DNA from: an uncultured bacterium
GTDB lineage: Bacteria; Chlamydiota; Chlamydiia; Chlamydiales; CAYWQB01
NCBI GenBank assembly: GCA_964460785.1
Contig: CAYWQB010000002.1
Location: 65,364 to 129,363, forward strand
Length of the DNA: 64,000 nt
Direction of reading: 5' to 3'
A program made the translations under genes and the position numbers. Below the pieces are notes generated by a model. That model was not told the origin of the DNA and ran no database searches. It was given only the letters and a program-made list of their open reading frames with translations. Below, in pieces: positions 1 through 10,960 of the stretch; within the stretch, counting starts at the first letter, position 1; each line of letters opens with the position of its first letter.

Positions 1-1
1 T

Positions 2-838
2 GGCAACCAACTGAACCTTTATGATTTAAAAAGCCCTCTATCACAAGATCTATTACTGCAAGCAAAAGCTGCAATAGCCGCTTCTCAGACAGGCATTACA
101 GCAGACAAAATTCTACAGTACATGCTGCAACGGTCAACTGATAGTGAATCAGGCAGGCTTAGCCCTGAAGAGGAGGAAAAACTCAACCCTATTTTAGATA
201 GACTTGACCTGACATCTGCAACGGAAAGAGACAGGCTAAAAAGCTCCATTGAAAGCTTGCCCCCACAAACAGATAGACAATGGACCTCCGAAGAGGCCGA
301 CCAAATAATCAAACATTTTTTAGATGGCACCTCTTTACCTGAAGAGATCTCCCTATCAGAAGAGCAAAAAGCATTGATTAAAGAAACAATCAACGCATTC
401 CATTTACAGGTATTAGGACGCCACCAAGAGGCAGGACCATTCACAACAGCTTTGATTGCAGAAGAGATGGCATTTTTCATCAAAGAAAAAAAAGGCTGTT
501 CTTTAGAAGAGTCTCGCCAAATAGCTAGACAAGAGCTCATGCCTCTTATGTGCAAAGAGTTTAGCCCTGTAGCACAGGTAGCCTTTTGCTGGGCTTCAGA
601 CTATAAAGGTTCTATTGGCTGGAGCGCCCAGCTGAATGGGTTCAATATTAGTGTAGATGGAGACTCTATCCAGATCAGTGGAGAAACGGAACCCGGCGGA
701 GCTGCAAATATCTTTCCCCCAAGTGGAAATCCAGAGTCCCTTCAAAGAGTCGGAATCCAAGCAGACTTCTCTCTCAAACGCACAGAAAGAGAAGGGAACA
801 CATTTTATGAAGGCTCTATAAAAACAAAATTTTCTTAA
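2..838 (+). CDS. hypothetical protein, 5' end cut by window edge
   Basis: Frame is open from nt 2 to the stop at 836-838. The first Met is at 122, so the true start probably lies upstream of the window. No family motif recognised. Confidence 0.5.
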   Translation, partial: GNQLNLYDLKSPLSQDLLLQAKAAIAASQTGITADKILQYMLQRSTDSESGRLSPEEEEKLNPILDRLDLTSATERDRLKSSIESLPPQTDRQWTSEEADQIIKHFLDGTSLPEEISLSEEQKALIKETINAFHLQVLGRHQEAGPFTTALIAEEMAFFIKEKKGCSLEESRQIARQELMPLMCKEFSPVAQVAFCWASDYKGSIGWSAQLNGFNISVDGDSIQISGETEPGGAANIFPPSGNPESLQRVGIQADFSLKRTEREGNTFYEGSIKTKFS

Positions 839-840
839 AG

Positions 841-2784
841 TTACCCCTTTAACTTAGGAAAAGCTGCCATAAGCGCCTCTACGCTATCAGATGGGCATAC
901 CCCCCCATCTAAACAAATTCCCTGCTGCTCTAGAGAAACAGTCATTGTCAGAATCTGTTCGTCTTCTTGGGCTAAAAACTGCTTTAGATCCTGACGGAAC
1001 GCCACATTCGCGCTTGCAACTATAAAGTAAAGCTGTTCATCCAAGCAGAATGTACAGCTTGATTCTTTTTTCCCCTGTAAAACATCTCCTAATACCTGTT
1101 TTGCCTGCTGGAAGAAAGAAACCAAGGACTCTTTTTCGAAAAGCCCCCTCATTAAATCTGGCGTGATAGAATAAAAAAAGCTCTCCATAAATGCTTCATC
1201 TTGAGGAGAAAGCTTAGCTAATCGCTTTGCCTGCTTCAGTAGCTGCTCCTGCTTTGCCATCATCCCTCCATTATAATCTCGGAAAGGGCCTATCACTCGC
1301 TCCACTTCTGCAGAAACAGCCTGTCTTGCTCGACCAATGTCTACAGCACGATTCTTTCGAAGGAAGGGATCTTTTCGGATCTTTAAACGAAAGATTGTCG
1401 CTTCTTTTGGCAAACTGCGGTCAATATGACCTACAACCTTCTCCCGGTCCAAGGTAAAGTCTAAAGGGGTCTCCGCCTGATAAAACAAGTCTTTCACAGG
1501 CTGCAAACCAGGCTTGCGCACGCGAAGGATAATCACATTAAAGGACAGCTGCGATGCTGTCTGATCTTCAAATGAAATCATTACCTGTGGCAAATCTTCT
1601 GGCCTAGAGAGCTCTCTCTTTAAAACCAGCAGATTTTTTAACACCTCTTCTTCATTTCTAGGCATAAATACAGCATGCACCAACTGCTCAATACGACTAT
1701 GCAGCTCTCCCTGTATTTGGTCTCTCAAAGCGGAGATTTGGGAAGGCGTAAATGAGCCTCCGGCTGCAGGCTCTACTTCCATATAAAGAGCACATGTGGA
1801 TCCCACTCGACTTTGGTAGGCAAAAAATGAGCCTTCTACATCCTTGGCTTGAGGAATAATACTTTGAATAGCTCCTAAAAGGTGCTCTTCTTCAAAGACC
1901 TCATTTTCTTCTAGGAAGTTTAGTAGCACTAAACAACCAAGAACGCGCCTAGAACTAGCTCCATCAACTAATGTCCGCAATAGTTTAACATGTATATGGC
2001 GCTCTTTAGGCCTTAAGCGCAAAGCTCTCTTGATTGACTGCTGAAAGACATAAAGGGAAATCACAATGCGACTCATGTGCCGATAGTCTCGATGCTGCTT
2101 AAAGTCATCACTAGTCACAACAAGGAAGCGTTGAAGCTCTAAAAAGATATCTTCCTGCAGCTCTTTTCGCCTTTGCATAAGAGAGTAAATATGTTCTCTT
2201 ACTAACGTTGTTTTTTCATCTCCTGATAGCCCCTTCGCTTCTAGGATGCGGCTTGCTTTGTAATGAGAGTCCGCCCCCATTTGTATTTCTGCTTCTAACA
2301 CCCACAAATTTCGCTTTACTGTTTGTAAGTCTTCTGCTGTTTCTATTCGGAAAATGATCTCAACAAGTGTGTACTGTTCCCCATCAATTTCATCAAAAGC
2401 AAAGTCTGCAGCAAAAAGAAGAGGAATAGGAGCTCGACGCTCAGGGATCAACCAGCGGCTGACCATGTCGTAGAAAAAGCGAAAGGCATCACTTCTTAAG
2501 CGACAAATCAAAAAAAAAGAAACTTCTCCAGGAGCCTTTTTTGGCAAATCTGTCCAAGTCAACAGAGGAAGGGCTTGACGAAAGAGCTGAAACTGCTCTT
2601 CTTTTGTCCGGGTGCCATCAAATATATAAGCTGGGACAGCTCTTCGCACTCCCTCCTCTACCCAAGCTTGATAATGAGCAACCGAGCGCCCATCTCTTTC
2701 CTTGCCACTCGATAAAAATGATGGCTTGATATGAGGAAAATCAGTCAATGAATCACCCGGTTTTTTGACATGAAGGCTGCTCAT
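841..2784 (-). CDS. large hypothetical protein (~647 aa)
   Basis: Uninterrupted 690-codon ORF. The longest form (start 2913) would overlap lysC by 160 nt. ATG at 2784 (MSSLHVKK...) is the last in-frame Met before a long Met-free stretch. No motif recognised. Confidence 0.6.
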   Translation of the reverse strand: MSSLHVKKPGDSLTDFPHIKPSFLSSGKERDGRSVAHYQAWVEEGVRRAVPAYIFDGTRTKEEQFQLFRQALPLLTWTDLPKKAPGEVSFFLICRLRSDAFRFFYDMVSRWLIPERRAPIPLLFAADFAFDEIDGEQYTLVEIIFRIETAEDLQTVKRNLWVLEAEIQMGADSHYKASRILEAKGLSGDEKTTLVREHIYSLMQRRKELQEDIFLELQRFLVVTSDDFKQHRDYRHMSRIVISLYVFQQSIKRALRLRPKERHIHVKLLRTLVDGASSRRVLGCLVLLNFLEENEVFEEEHLLGAIQSIIPQAKDVEGSFFAYQSRVGSTCALYMEVEPAAGGSFTPSQISALRDQIQGELHSRIEQLVHAVFMPRNEEEVLKNLLVLKRELSRPEDLPQVMISFEDQTASQLSFNVIILRVRKPGLQPVKDLFYQAETPLDFTLDREKVVGHIDRSLPKEATIFRLKIRKDPFLRKNRAVDIGRARQAVSAEVERVIGPFRDYNGGMMAKQEQLLKQAKRLAKLSPQDEAFMESFFYSITPDLMRGLFEKESLVSFFQQAKQVLGDVLQGKKESSCTFCLDEQLYFIVASANVAFRQDLKQFLAQEDEQILTMTVSLEQQGICLDGGVCPSDSVEALMAAFPKLKG

Positions 2785-3601
2785 ACGCGATAGGCTGTTT
2801 TCTACCAATACCTTTTTTATAAGAAATCCAGGTCCCCTCAAATCCCTTCTCATCAAAAAATGTTTGAAACGATCGGACACAGAGAGGCACGCTCTGCTTT
2901 GCAGCAAGCTCAAGGGCTCGCGGATGAATGACAGCTTTCCCTTCCTTAGAAATCACATCTAAAGCTTCTTCGTAAGTCAATGACTCAAACGGAGCGCTTT
3001 TTAGCCCTGTCTGCTTCGGATCTCTTGCATGCACCCCTGCAACATCTTTATAAAACTCGACTCCCTTTGCTCCAAGAGCAGCCGCAAGCGCCACAGCAGT
3101 CGTATCTGATCCTCCTCGCCCTAGGGTTGTTACCTCTTTTTCTCGACTCACACCTTGAAATCCAGCAACAATAACGATGTCATTTCTCTCTAAATAAGGA
3201 AGCAGTCGATAAGCTCTTACCTCTAAAATTTTTGCATTATGGTGATCAGAGGTTGTAATGATACCACTCTGGCTTCCCGTAAAAGAAGCCGCAGGCTTAC
3301 CAAGCTTCGCAAGAGCCATGGCAAGTAGAGACATACTGACTCTTTCACCTGCACTGACCAGCATATCAAGCTCTCGAGGAGGAGGGATTTCACTGACCTT
3401 CCTTGCTAGGTCTATCAGCTGATCCGTGACACCTGCCATTGCAGAGACCACTGTTACCACTCGGAAACCACTCTTCCTTCTTGAGGAAATGATTTTTGCA
3501 ACATGGGCAAAGCTTTCAGCAGATGCTAAAGATGCCCCTCCAAACTTGAGAACTAAAACTGGAGACACGCTTGTCATTCCCTTTGCAAATTTCCCACGCA
3601 A
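2753..3601 (-). CDS. lysC: aspartokinase, catalytic domain only (no ACT regulatory domains)
   Basis: Amino-acid-kinase motifs VLKFGGASL, VVSAMAGVTDQL, TTLGRGGSDTTAVALAAAL, KDVAGVHARDP. The ORF ends about 25 aa after the kinase fold. TTG start at 3601, alternative ATG at 3577. Confidence 0.85.
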   Translation of the reverse strand: MRGKFAKGMTSVSPVLVLKFGGASLASAESFAHVAKIISSRRKSGFRVVTVVSAMAGVTDQLIDLARKVSEIPPPRELDMLVSAGERVSMSLLAMALAKLGKPAASFTGSQSGIITTSDHHNAKILEVRAYRLLPYLERNDIVIVAGFQGVSREKEVTTLGRGGSDTTAVALAAALGAKGVEFYKDVAGVHARDPKQTGLKSAPFESLTYEEALDVISKEGKAVIHPRALELAAKQSVPLCVRSFQTFFDEKGFEGTWISYKKGIGRKQPIAYEQPSCQKTG

Positions 3602-3647
3602 CAGCTTAGAATATTCACTCTTTAAATGTCAGTCTAACACTTATTGC

Positions 3648-4019
3648 ATGTTTGAATTACAAAAAACCTTTCGCTTTGAAGCCAGCCATGTTCTCACACA
3701 TCACGATGGCAAATGCTCCCGCCTCCATGGTCACTCCTACGAAATGACTTTGATCTTTCGTGGCCAAGAGCTCCAAAAGGAAGGTCCTCAAAAGCATATG
3801 CTCATAGATTTTAATGACATCTCAAAAGCTGTCCACCCTCTGATCAAAAGCCACCTTGACCACCACTTTTTAAACGAAACACTCCAAACTGACTCTCCAA
3901 CAGCCGAGTTCATTGCTGTTTGGATTTATAACCAACTGCAGTCCAAATTCACCTCTTTATACGCTGTTTGTATCAAGGAAACATCTAGCTCCTCTGTAAC
4001 CTACTGCCCCTCTCTCTAA
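3648..4019 (+). CDS. queD: 6-carboxy-tetrahydropterin synthase / 6-pyruvoyl-tetrahydropterin synthase family
   Basis: FRFEASHVL ... CSRLHGHSY (Cys-x3-His-x-His) motif, ~123 aa. The longer ORF from 3426 runs antisense through lysC, so ATG 3648 is preferred. Confidence 0.8.
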   Translation: MFELQKTFRFEASHVLTHHDGKCSRLHGHSYEMTLIFRGQELQKEGPQKHMLIDFNDISKAVHPLIKSHLDHHFLNETLQTDSPTAEFIAVWIYNQLQSKFTSLYAVCIKETSSSSVTYCPSL

Positions 4020-4131
4020 AAAAGCTCTAGATAGAAAAACTTCAAACAACGTAAGATGTGTCCCCTTTGTAGGAAATTATTAACATCATTTAACCCTAGA
4101 AACATTCAGATTCTTCGGAGAACACTAAGTA

Positions 4132-5838
4132 ATGTCTAACAACCCTAATCTCAAGTGGAGTGATCAACCTGTACTCGACGGCGAAAGCTACAACGAAACA
4201 GACGCTGAGCTCTTTAGAAAAATGCTAGAAGCACCAGCAGAAGACAGTCCTGTCTCTCCTGTACCTCCTGTCGGAGTCATCCTTCAGGGAACAGTAGTCG
4301 ATATTGTTAAGGACTTTGTAGTCGTTGATGTAGGCCTCAAATCTGAGGGACTGATCCCTATCGCTGAGTTCCGCGAACCAGAAAACCTCCAAATCGGCGA
4401 ATCTATCGAAGTTCTCCTTGAAGAAGCAGAAGATGAAAGCGGCCAGATTGTCCTTTCTCGTGAAAAAGCTGAAAAACAGCGTCAGTGGGAATACATTCTT
4501 GAGCATTGTGAAGAAGGTTCTATCGTAACAGGTCGAGTCGTTCGCAAGGTAAAAGGCGGCCTTATGGTCGACATCGGAATGGAAGCTTTCCTTCCTGGCT
4601 CTCAAATTGACAACAAGCGCATCAAGAACCTTGATGAGTACCTTGGTCAGACATATGACTTCAAGATTCTAAAGATCAATGTTGAAAGAAAGAACGTTGT
4701 CGTCTCTAGAAGAGAGATCCTAGAAGCTGAGCGCATTGCTAAAAAAGCGACTCTACTAGAAACCATCCAAGAAGGCGACCTTCGCAAAGGTGTCGTAAAA
4801 AATATCACTGATTTCGGTGTCTTCTTAGATCTAGATGGCATTGATGGTCTTCTTCATATCACAGATATGACATGGAAGCGCATCAAGCACCCATCCGAAA
4901 TGGTAGAGCTTGGCCAAGAGCTAGAGGTCATGATCCTCAGCATCGACCATGAAAAAGGCCGTGTTGCTCTAGGACTTAAGCAAAAAGAATCAAACCCATG
5001 GGAAGAAATTGAACAAAAGTATCCTCCAGGAACTCGCGTTCAAGGAAAGATTGTAAATCTTCTTCCATATGGAGCCTTCATCGAAATTGAACCAGGCATT
5101 GAAGGGTTGATTCACGTCTCCGAAATGTCTTGGGTTAAAAATGTGACTGATCCAAGTGAAGTCGTCAATAAGGGCGATGAAGTTGATGCTGTTGTTCTTT
5201 CTGTACAGAAGGAAGAAGGTAAAATTTCTCTTGGAATCAAGCAAACAGAGCACAACCCATGGAATGATGCAGATGAAAAGTATCCTCCTGGAACAACTGT
5301 TGATGCAGAAGTTAAGAGCTTGACCAACTATGGTGCATTTGTTGAGCTAGAGCCAGGAATTGAAGGGCTTATCCACATTTCAGACCTTAGCTGGATCAAG
5401 AAAATTTCTCACCCATCAGAGCTTCTTGAAAAAGGCGACCGAGTCAAGGCAATGATCTTGTCTGTAGACAAGGAGAGTAAGAAAATTACTCTAGGCCTGA
5501 AGCAAGTTGATGAAAACCCATGGGAAAACATCGAAAAGATCATGCCTGCTGGCTCCCTCGTTAAAGGGGTCATCACAAAAATTGCTGCTTTTGGAGCTTT
5601 TGTTGAGCTAGAAAACGGCATCGAAGCTTTAATCCATGTAACAGAACTTTCTGACCAGCCATTTGGCAAGGTGGAAGATCTTGTTCAGCAAGGCGACCGT
5701 ATCACTGCTAAGGTTCTTCGCATTGACCCAGAGCAGAAGAAGATCGCTCTTTCCCTTAAAGAACATCTTATGGATGAAGGTAAAGAAGATCTGGACGATA
5801 TCGTCGTACATGAAGAGGAAGAGGAAGAAAACTCTTAA
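4132..5838 (+). CDS. rpsA: 30S ribosomal protein S1
   Basis: 568 aa with six tandem S1 OB-fold repeats (recurring G.V.....GAF(V/I)E(L/I)..GIEGLIH(I/V)S pattern). Sits upstream of nusA-infB as in chlamydiae. Confidence 0.95.
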   Translation: MSNNPNLKWSDQPVLDGESYNETDAELFRKMLEAPAEDSPVSPVPPVGVILQGTVVDIVKDFVVVDVGLKSEGLIPIAEFREPENLQIGESIEVLLEEAEDESGQIVLSREKAEKQRQWEYILEHCEEGSIVTGRVVRKVKGGLMVDIGMEAFLPGSQIDNKRIKNLDEYLGQTYDFKILKINVERKNVVVSRREILEAERIAKKATLLETIQEGDLRKGVVKNITDFGVFLDLDGIDGLLHITDMTWKRIKHPSEMVELGQELEVMILSIDHEKGRVALGLKQKESNPWEEIEQKYPPGTRVQGKIVNLLPYGAFIEIEPGIEGLIHVSEMSWVKNVTDPSEVVNKGDEVDAVVLSVQKEEGKISLGIKQTEHNPWNDADEKYPPGTTVDAEVKSLTNYGAFVELEPGIEGLIHISDLSWIKKISHPSELLEKGDRVKAMILSVDKESKKITLGLKQVDENPWENIEKIMPAGSLVKGVITKIAAFGAFVELENGIEALIHVTELSDQPFGKVEDLVQQGDRITAKVLRIDPEQKKIALSLKEHLMDEGKEDLDDIVVHEEEEEENS

Positions 5839-5884
5839 TCTCTCCCTACCCAGCACTTGCATAAAGTGCTGGGGCTTCGACTCA

Positions 5885-5916
5885 AAACCGAAGGTTTATG
5901 CCTTCGGTTTTTTTTA
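5885..5916 (+). terminator. rho-independent terminator after rpsA
   Basis: Stem AACCGAAGG/CCTTCGGTT with a 6-nt loop, followed by a T8 run 47 nt after the rpsA stop. A separate perfect hairpin CCCAGCACT/AGTGCTGGG at 5849-5873 precedes it and has no T tract. Confidence 0.8.
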
Positions 5917-6044
5917 CAACTGGCCACCAGTTTAAATTTGAATTTTCCTAAGAGGGACATCTCTCCTACTTAGAAGAAATGAATGATGTAAAACAAATTC
6001 AACATTAGCTATAATTACGCCCTTTAAAATTGTAGGATGTCGGG

Positions 6045-7325
6045 ATGAATAAGGACTTGCTAGCAATCTTTGACTATATGGAACGTGAAAAAGGCATTAA
6101 TCGAGAGGTCCTTATTAGTGCTATCAAGGAATCTCTTCATGCCGCAGCCCGTAAGAGCATTCACAATGTAGAAAATATTTCCGTCGAAATCAGCCCCAAA
6201 TCGGGCCAAATCGACGTCTATACGGAGAAAGAGATCGTCGAGAAGGTAACTTCTCCTGACACTCAGATTTCTTATGAGGAAGCTACTGAGTTGGCTCCTG
6301 GCTGTCAGGTTGGGCAGATCCTCTCTGTTCTTATCACTCCTAAAGACTTTGGACGCATCGCAGCACAAACAGCAAAGCAAATGATCGCTCACAAGCTTCG
6401 CAATGCAGAAAGAGATGTGATTTATGAAGAATATCGCCACAGAGTTGGTGAAATTGTTTCAGGAACAATCAAGCGCTTCTCTCAAGCATCCAACTTAGTG
6501 ATCGACCTTGGCAAGGTAGAAGGAATTTTACCTAAAAACCACTTTCCTAAGACAGAAAGGTATAAGGTTGGAGAGCGCGTGCGCGCCCTTCTTTATGAAG
6601 TAAGAGACCTAGACAATGGAGGAGCTGAAGTGATTTTATCGCGCAGTGCTCCTGAATTTGTTGAGCAACTCTTCATTGAAGAGGTTCCTGAGATTAAAGA
6701 AGGCATTGTGACCGTTGAAAAAATTGTTCGTGAAGCAGGCTACCGCACAAAAATGATTGTCCGCAGCAGCGATGTACGCATTGATCCTGTAGGAACTTGT
6801 GTTGGGGTCCGTGGAAACCGCGTAAAAAACATCGTTCACGAACTGAACAATGAAAAAATTGATATCATTCCTTACTCTGAAGATGCTGTAGAGTTGCTAC
6901 AAAGCGCTCTATCTCCTGTTGAAATTCGTAAGATTCGAGCAAATGAAGATGAGTCTGCCCTACTTGTTGTAGTGGATGATGACCACTTCCCTACTGTCAT
7001 AGGAAAACGAGGAATGAATGCTCGACTCAACTCTCGATTAATTGATCGAGAACTCGACTTTCAAAAACTTACAGAGTTCAACCGCATTTCTGCTCTACAG
7101 CAGATGGAACTCGCTAGCTCAGAAGAAGCCTCTCTTGATGAGCCTATCGATTCAATTGAAGGGGTCAGCCCTCTCGTTGTTAGAGAGCTTGTCGATGCTG
7201 GCTATAACACACGTAGAAAGATTCTCTCATGCTCCATAGAAGACCTACTCTCACAGGTTCCAGGAATTGGTAGTCGAGAGCTTGCAGAATCTATTATGGA
7301 AAAAGTAAATAACCTTGGGGATTAG
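6045..7325 (+). CDS. nusA: transcription termination/antitermination factor NusA
   Basis: N-terminal NusA pattern MNKDLLAIFDYMEREKGI, S1 and KH regions (VGTCVGVRGNRVKNI), and conserved position directly before infB. Confidence 0.93.
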   Translation: MNKDLLAIFDYMEREKGINREVLISAIKESLHAAARKSIHNVENISVEISPKSGQIDVYTEKEIVEKVTSPDTQISYEEATELAPGCQVGQILSVLITPKDFGRIAAQTAKQMIAHKLRNAERDVIYEEYRHRVGEIVSGTIKRFSQASNLVIDLGKVEGILPKNHFPKTERYKVGERVRALLYEVRDLDNGGAEVILSRSAPEFVEQLFIEEVPEIKEGIVTVEKIVREAGYRTKMIVRSSDVRIDPVGTCVGVRGNRVKNIVHELNNEKIDIIPYSEDAVELLQSALSPVEIRKIRANEDESALLVVVDDDHFPTVIGKRGMNARLNSRLIDRELDFQKLTEFNRISALQQMELASSEEASLDEPIDSIEGVSPLVVRELVDAGYNTRRKILSCSIEDLLSQVPGIGSRELAESIMEKVNNLGD

Positions 7326-9868
7326 TGTTGGCCAAAAAGTTCAAACTAAACATTAAAAATACCCAGCTTGCTGAGGCCGTGAATATCGGCCAGCTTAAGA
7401 AACAGTTAAGCTCTAAAAAGAAAGAAAGCCAGCCTGAGAAAGAAGAAGCTCCAGCTGAGAAAAAAGAGAAAAAGCCTGAGGCTGCTGCAGCTCCTGCTGC
7501 GGAAACTCCTAAAGCGATCTCTAAGCCCAAAGAAGCTGCAGCCACTCCACCCCCAAAAAAGGTTGAGCCAGCTCCTGCTCCTAAAGTAGAGACCTCTGAA
7601 AGCAATGAGGAAGAGGCCGAAACACCCCCTCCTCCTCCTGCAGTTAAGGTTCGTTCAAAGACAGCTGAAGACATCGCTAAAAAGCAGCCAGCGAAAGCTC
7701 CTGCTCACAGGCCTGCTGCACGAGCTTCCTATACCATTGCTCCGAAAAAGAGCCTGCCTCTTGGAAAGCCTCCTGTACGCTTAGGACCTACAGGTAGACA
7801 TATCAATGATATTCTTCCTCAAAAGAAAAAAGCTCCTCCAAAAGAAGCCGCTGCTAAAACGACAAAAACGACTCCTCAGCAAGGCGCTGCTGCTAAGACT
7901 GAGAATAAGGAGTTTGATGACAAGCCGAAGAAGAAGTGGACAAAAGAATATAAAAATCTCCGTCCTCGCTCAACTCTGAAGCCAGCTCCTAAGCGCAAAC
8001 AAGACTTACGTGATGCTTCAGATGAAGGAAGCTGGCGTCGTCGCAGACCTTCTCGTCGACATGGCGGCTCTCATCAAGAAGAAGCTCCTATCATTCGACC
8101 TAAAGAGCTTTCTGTTCGCCTACCGATCACAGTCAAAAGCTTAGCTCAGCAGATGAAGCGAAAGGCTTCTGAGATTATCTCTAAGCTTTTCATGGAAGGA
8201 CTGACCGTTACACTGAATGACTTCTTAGATGATGAGACCACTATTCAGCTCATTGGTCATGAGTTCGATTGTAACATCTCCATCAACAATGAAGAAGAAG
8301 AGCGTATCCGCATCACTGAAAAGTCAATTCAAGAAGAGATCGAGTCTTCTGATGAGGGAGAACTTGCCCTTCGAGCTCCTGTTGTCACCTTCATGGGTCA
8401 TGTTGACCATGGTAAAACAAGCTTAATCGATAAAATCCGAGCAAGCAATGTTGCTGGGCAAGAAGCTGGGGCGATTACACAGCATATCGGTGCATTCCGT
8501 GTTGATACAAGCCACGGGCCTCTAACCTTTTTAGATACACCTGGACACGAAGCGTTCACTGCAATGCGAGCTCGTGGTGCTAAAGCAACAGATATCGTTG
8601 TTTTAGTGGTTGCTGGGGATGAAGGCTTCCGTCAACAGACAGAAGAAGCTTTACAACATGCGAAAGCTGCTGGCGTCATTATCCTTGTTGCAATTAACAA
8701 GAGTGATAAACCTGGTTTCAATGCAGATAACGTTTATCGTCAGCTCGCTGACCATGAACTCCTTCCTGAAGCTTGGGGTGGAACCACTATTACTGTTAAC
8801 TGCTCTGCGAAAACAGGTGATGGCCTCCCTGAATTACTAGAACTATTGGCTCTTCAAGCCGAGGTTCTTGAGCTAAAAGCGAATGCAAGCGTCCGAGCTA
8901 GAGGGACTGTGCTTGAATCAGAGATGCACAAAGGCCTTGGGGCTTCTGTGTCTCTTCTTATTCAAAATGGAACCCTGCGCAAGGGAGATGCTCTTGTCTT
9001 TGACCAACACTGGGCTCGTGTGAAAACGATGCGCAACTGCTCTGGTAAGTCCATTAAAGAGGCACCTCCTTCAACTCCTGTAGAAATTACAGGCCTATCT
9101 GGCCTTCCAGAGGCTGGAGAAGAGTTCATCGCTGTAAAGAGCGAAAGAGAAGCAAAGGAAATTGCTGATGTTCGCCAGGAAGAGCTCAGACAAAAGAGCT
9201 TACAAAAGCGCACACTACCTTCTATGGATAGCCTGCTTAAAGATGAGGGCGATCGCAAGAAGCTCCTTCTTGTTCTCCGTGCAGACGTGCAAGGCTCCTT
9301 GGAAGCGCTTAAAGCATCGATTGAAAATATCGAATCTGAAAAAGTTGACGTTGAAGTGGTCTTTTCTGGAGTTGGAGAGATTTCAGAGTCTGATGTCCGC
9401 CTAGCTGCAGCTTCCCAAGCTGTCATTATCGGCTTCCATACTCGGGTCGAAAATCATGCTGCCGAACTGATTAAAACATCAAAAATTGTCGTAAAGACAT
9501 ACGACGTTATCTATCATGCTCTTGAAGGCATCAAAGAAATTATGACAGGCCTTCTTGATACTGTTGAAGTTGAACACGAGCGTGGAGAAGCTTATGTCCA
9601 AGCAACTTTCAAAGCCTCTCAACTAGGGGTGATTGCTGGCTGTATCGTAAAAGATGGCATTATCAGCAGAAATCACTTTGCGCGACTTTATCGCGACAAT
9701 AAAGAGATTTGGAAGGGTGGAATTGCTTCTATTCGCCGTGATAGGGATGATGCGAAAGAGGTCAAGAAAGGCCTTGAATGTGGTATTCTCCTTGAAAACT
9801 TCCATGGTGTGGAAGAGGGAGACACCATTCGCTCCTTTGAAATTGAGCATGTATCACAGGAGCTATAG
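7325..9868 (+). CDS. infB: translation initiation factor IF-2
   Basis: GTG start overlapping the nusA stop. Lys/Pro/Ala-rich N-terminus, then GTPase motifs [22 protein letters not shown]. Confidence 0.95.
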   Translation: MLAKKFKLNIKNTQLAEAVNIGQLKKQLSSKKKESQPEKEEAPAEKKEKKPEAAAAPAAETPKAISKPKEAAATPPPKKVEPAPAPKVETSESNEEEAETPPPPPAVKVRSKTAEDIAKKQPAKAPAHRPAARASYTIAPKKSLPLGKPPVRLGPTGRHINDILPQKKKAPPKEAAAKTTKTTPQQGAAAKTENKEFDDKPKKKWTKEYKNLRPRSTLKPAPKRKQDLRDASDEGSWRRRRPSRRHGGSHQEEAPIIRPKELSVRLPITVKSLAQQMKRKASEIISKLFMEGLTVTLNDFLDDETTIQLIGHEFDCNISINNEEEERIRITEKSIQEEIESSDEGELALRAPVVTFMGHVDHGKTSLIDKIRASNVAGQEAGAITQHIGAFRVDTSHGPLTFLDTPGHEAFTAMRARGAKATDIVVLVVAGDEGFRQQTEEALQHAKAAGVIILVAINKSDKPGFNADNVYRQLADHELLPEAWGGTTITVNCSAKTGDGLPELLELLALQAEVLELKANASVRARGTVLESEMHKGLGASVSLLIQNGTLRKGDALVFDQHWARVKTMRNCSGKSIKEAPPSTPVEITGLSGLPEAGEEFIAVKSEREAKEIADVRQEELRQKSLQKRTLPSMDSLLKDEGDRKKLLLVLRADVQGSLEALKASIENIESEKVDVEVVFSGVGEISESDVRLAAASQAVIIGFHTRVENHAAELIKTSKIVVKTYDVIYHALEGIKEIMTGLLDTVEVEHERGEAYVQATFKASQLGVIAGCIVKDGIISRNHFARLYRDNKEIWKGGIASIRRDRDDAKEVKKGLECGILLENFHGVEEGDTIRSFEIEHVSQEL

Positions 9869-9870
9869 TC

Positions 9871-10245
9871 ATGGATGCAACAAAGCCTTCTCGCAGAACA
9901 AACCGATTGAACTCTCTTCTTAAAGAAGTGATTTCTGATACGATCCATAAAGAAGTACAGGACCCTGACCTTCACCCCCTATTCACCATCACCAAGGTGG
10001 AGGTCACGAAAGACCTAAAGCATGCAAAGGTCTTTGTGAGTGTCATTGGCTCTGATTCTGAGAAGAAAGCTTCTGTTGCAGCTCTAAACAGAAGTGCTGG
10101 CTATATTGGTGTTCATGCAGCTAAGCAAATTGTCATTCGCTACTTCCCACAACTAACTTTTAAACTTGATAACTCTGTAGAGAGCTATGCCCGCATCTCA
10201 ACTCTTGTGGAACAAATCCAACACGAACGCTCTCATAGACAGTAA
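9871..10245 (+). CDS. rbfA: ribosome-binding factor A
   Basis: 124 aa, RbfA-like core (FTITKVEVTKDLKHAKVFVSV), conserved infB-rbfA-truB position. Confidence 0.9.
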   Translation: MDATKPSRRTNRLNSLLKEVISDTIHKEVQDPDLHPLFTITKVEVTKDLKHAKVFVSVIGSDSEKKASVAALNRSAGYIGVHAAKQIVIRYFPQLTFKLDNSVESYARISTLVEQIQHERSHRQ

Positions 10246-10960
10246 CTCCCCTCCTCCCTCTCAAGAAGGGTTTATTCTGATTGATAAGAGCCCTGGGAAG
10301 AGCTCTTTTTATGTAGTGAAGCAGTTGCGACGCATCACTGGAGTCAAAAAAATTGGACACGCTGGTACCCTAGACCCTTTTGCCTCTGGCTTACTGATCT
10401 TACTTATTGGTAAAAACTATACACGCCAGTCTGACTCTTTTCTCAACCTGTCAAAAGAGTACCATGCGACCTTGTTCTTGGGGAAATCTACAGATACTTA
10501 TGATATTGAGGGTCAAGTTACTACAGAATCGTCTGATCAACCAAGTCTAGAAGCTCTTAAAGAAGCTCTTTCTCAGTTTCAAGGCTATGTATGGCAAACG
10601 CCTCCCATGTATAGTGCAAAGAAGATGAAAGGGAAAAAACTATATGAGCTTGCTCGGCAAGGCATTGTTGTTGAGCGACCTCCTGTACAAGTGTTCATGC
10701 ATGTAGAGCTACTGCGCTATGAGTACCCATGGGTAGAACTACAAGTCAGCTGCTCGAAAGGAACATATATTCGCTCCCTTGCAAATGACCTTGGTGTTGT
10801 GCTAGGGTGTGGAGCCTTCCTCCAAGGGCTACGCAGGACAAAAATCGGTCCTTACACGGTTGAAAACTGTCCTGAGAGCCAAAATCTGGATAAGGAAGGG
10901 GCTAACATTCAGCCCTACATACAAAGGCTCTTAACGCACAACGATGATGAAAATCTATAA
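10187..10960 (+). CDS. truB: tRNA pseudouridine-55 synthase
   Basis: GFILIDKSPGKSSFYVV and catalytic-Asp motif GHAGTLDPFASGLLILLIG. ATG 10187 overlaps rbfA by 59 nt; TTG 10205 is an alternative start. Confidence 0.9.
   Translation: MPASQLLWNKSNTNALIDSNSPPPSQEGFILIDKSPGKSSFYVVKQLRRITGVKKIGHAGTLDPFASGLLILLIGKNYTRQSDSFLNLSKEYHATLFLGKSTDTYDIEGQVTTESSDQPSLEALKEALSQFQGYVWQTPPMYSAKKMKGKKLYELARQGIVVERPPVQVFMHVELLRYEYPWVELQVSCSKGTYIRSLANDLGVVLGCGAFLQGLRRTKIGPYTVENCPESQNLDKEGANIQPYIQRLLTHNDDENL

Noticed and set aside
85-555. 156-aa minus-strand ORF overlapping the first plus-strand gene
   Set aside because: It lies entirely antisense to a longer ORF that runs open from the window edge. It is Ser/Cys-rich with shadow-frame composition and has no motif. 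The call between the two strands is still only moderately confident.
5849-5873. Perfect 9-bp hairpin CCCAGCACT/AGTGCTGGG just after the rpsA stop
   Set aside because: It has no trailing T tract, so it is not called as a terminator on its own. It may be an mRNA-stabilising stem or part of a double terminator with the 5885-5916 hairpin.
6010-6015. Perfect TATAAT 30 nt upstream of nusA
   Set aside because: The best -35 at 17-nt spacing is only TGTAAA (3 of 6). It is plausible but not strong enough to list as a feature.
7294-7674. 126-aa Gly/Ala/Ser-rich ORF antisense to the infB 5' region
   Set aside because: It is the mirror image of the Lys/Pro/Ala/Glu-rich low-complexity N-terminus of IF-2, a typical shadow ORF.
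9426-9433. Exact GCCGATAA octamer on the minus strand inside infB; a second copy at 52767-52774 inside the M20 gene
   Set aside because: Both are antisense within coding sequence with no downstream gene start. They agree with the ~2 chance occurrences expected in 128 kb of two-strand sequence. They are recorded because they weaken the significance of the intergenic copy at 63277.
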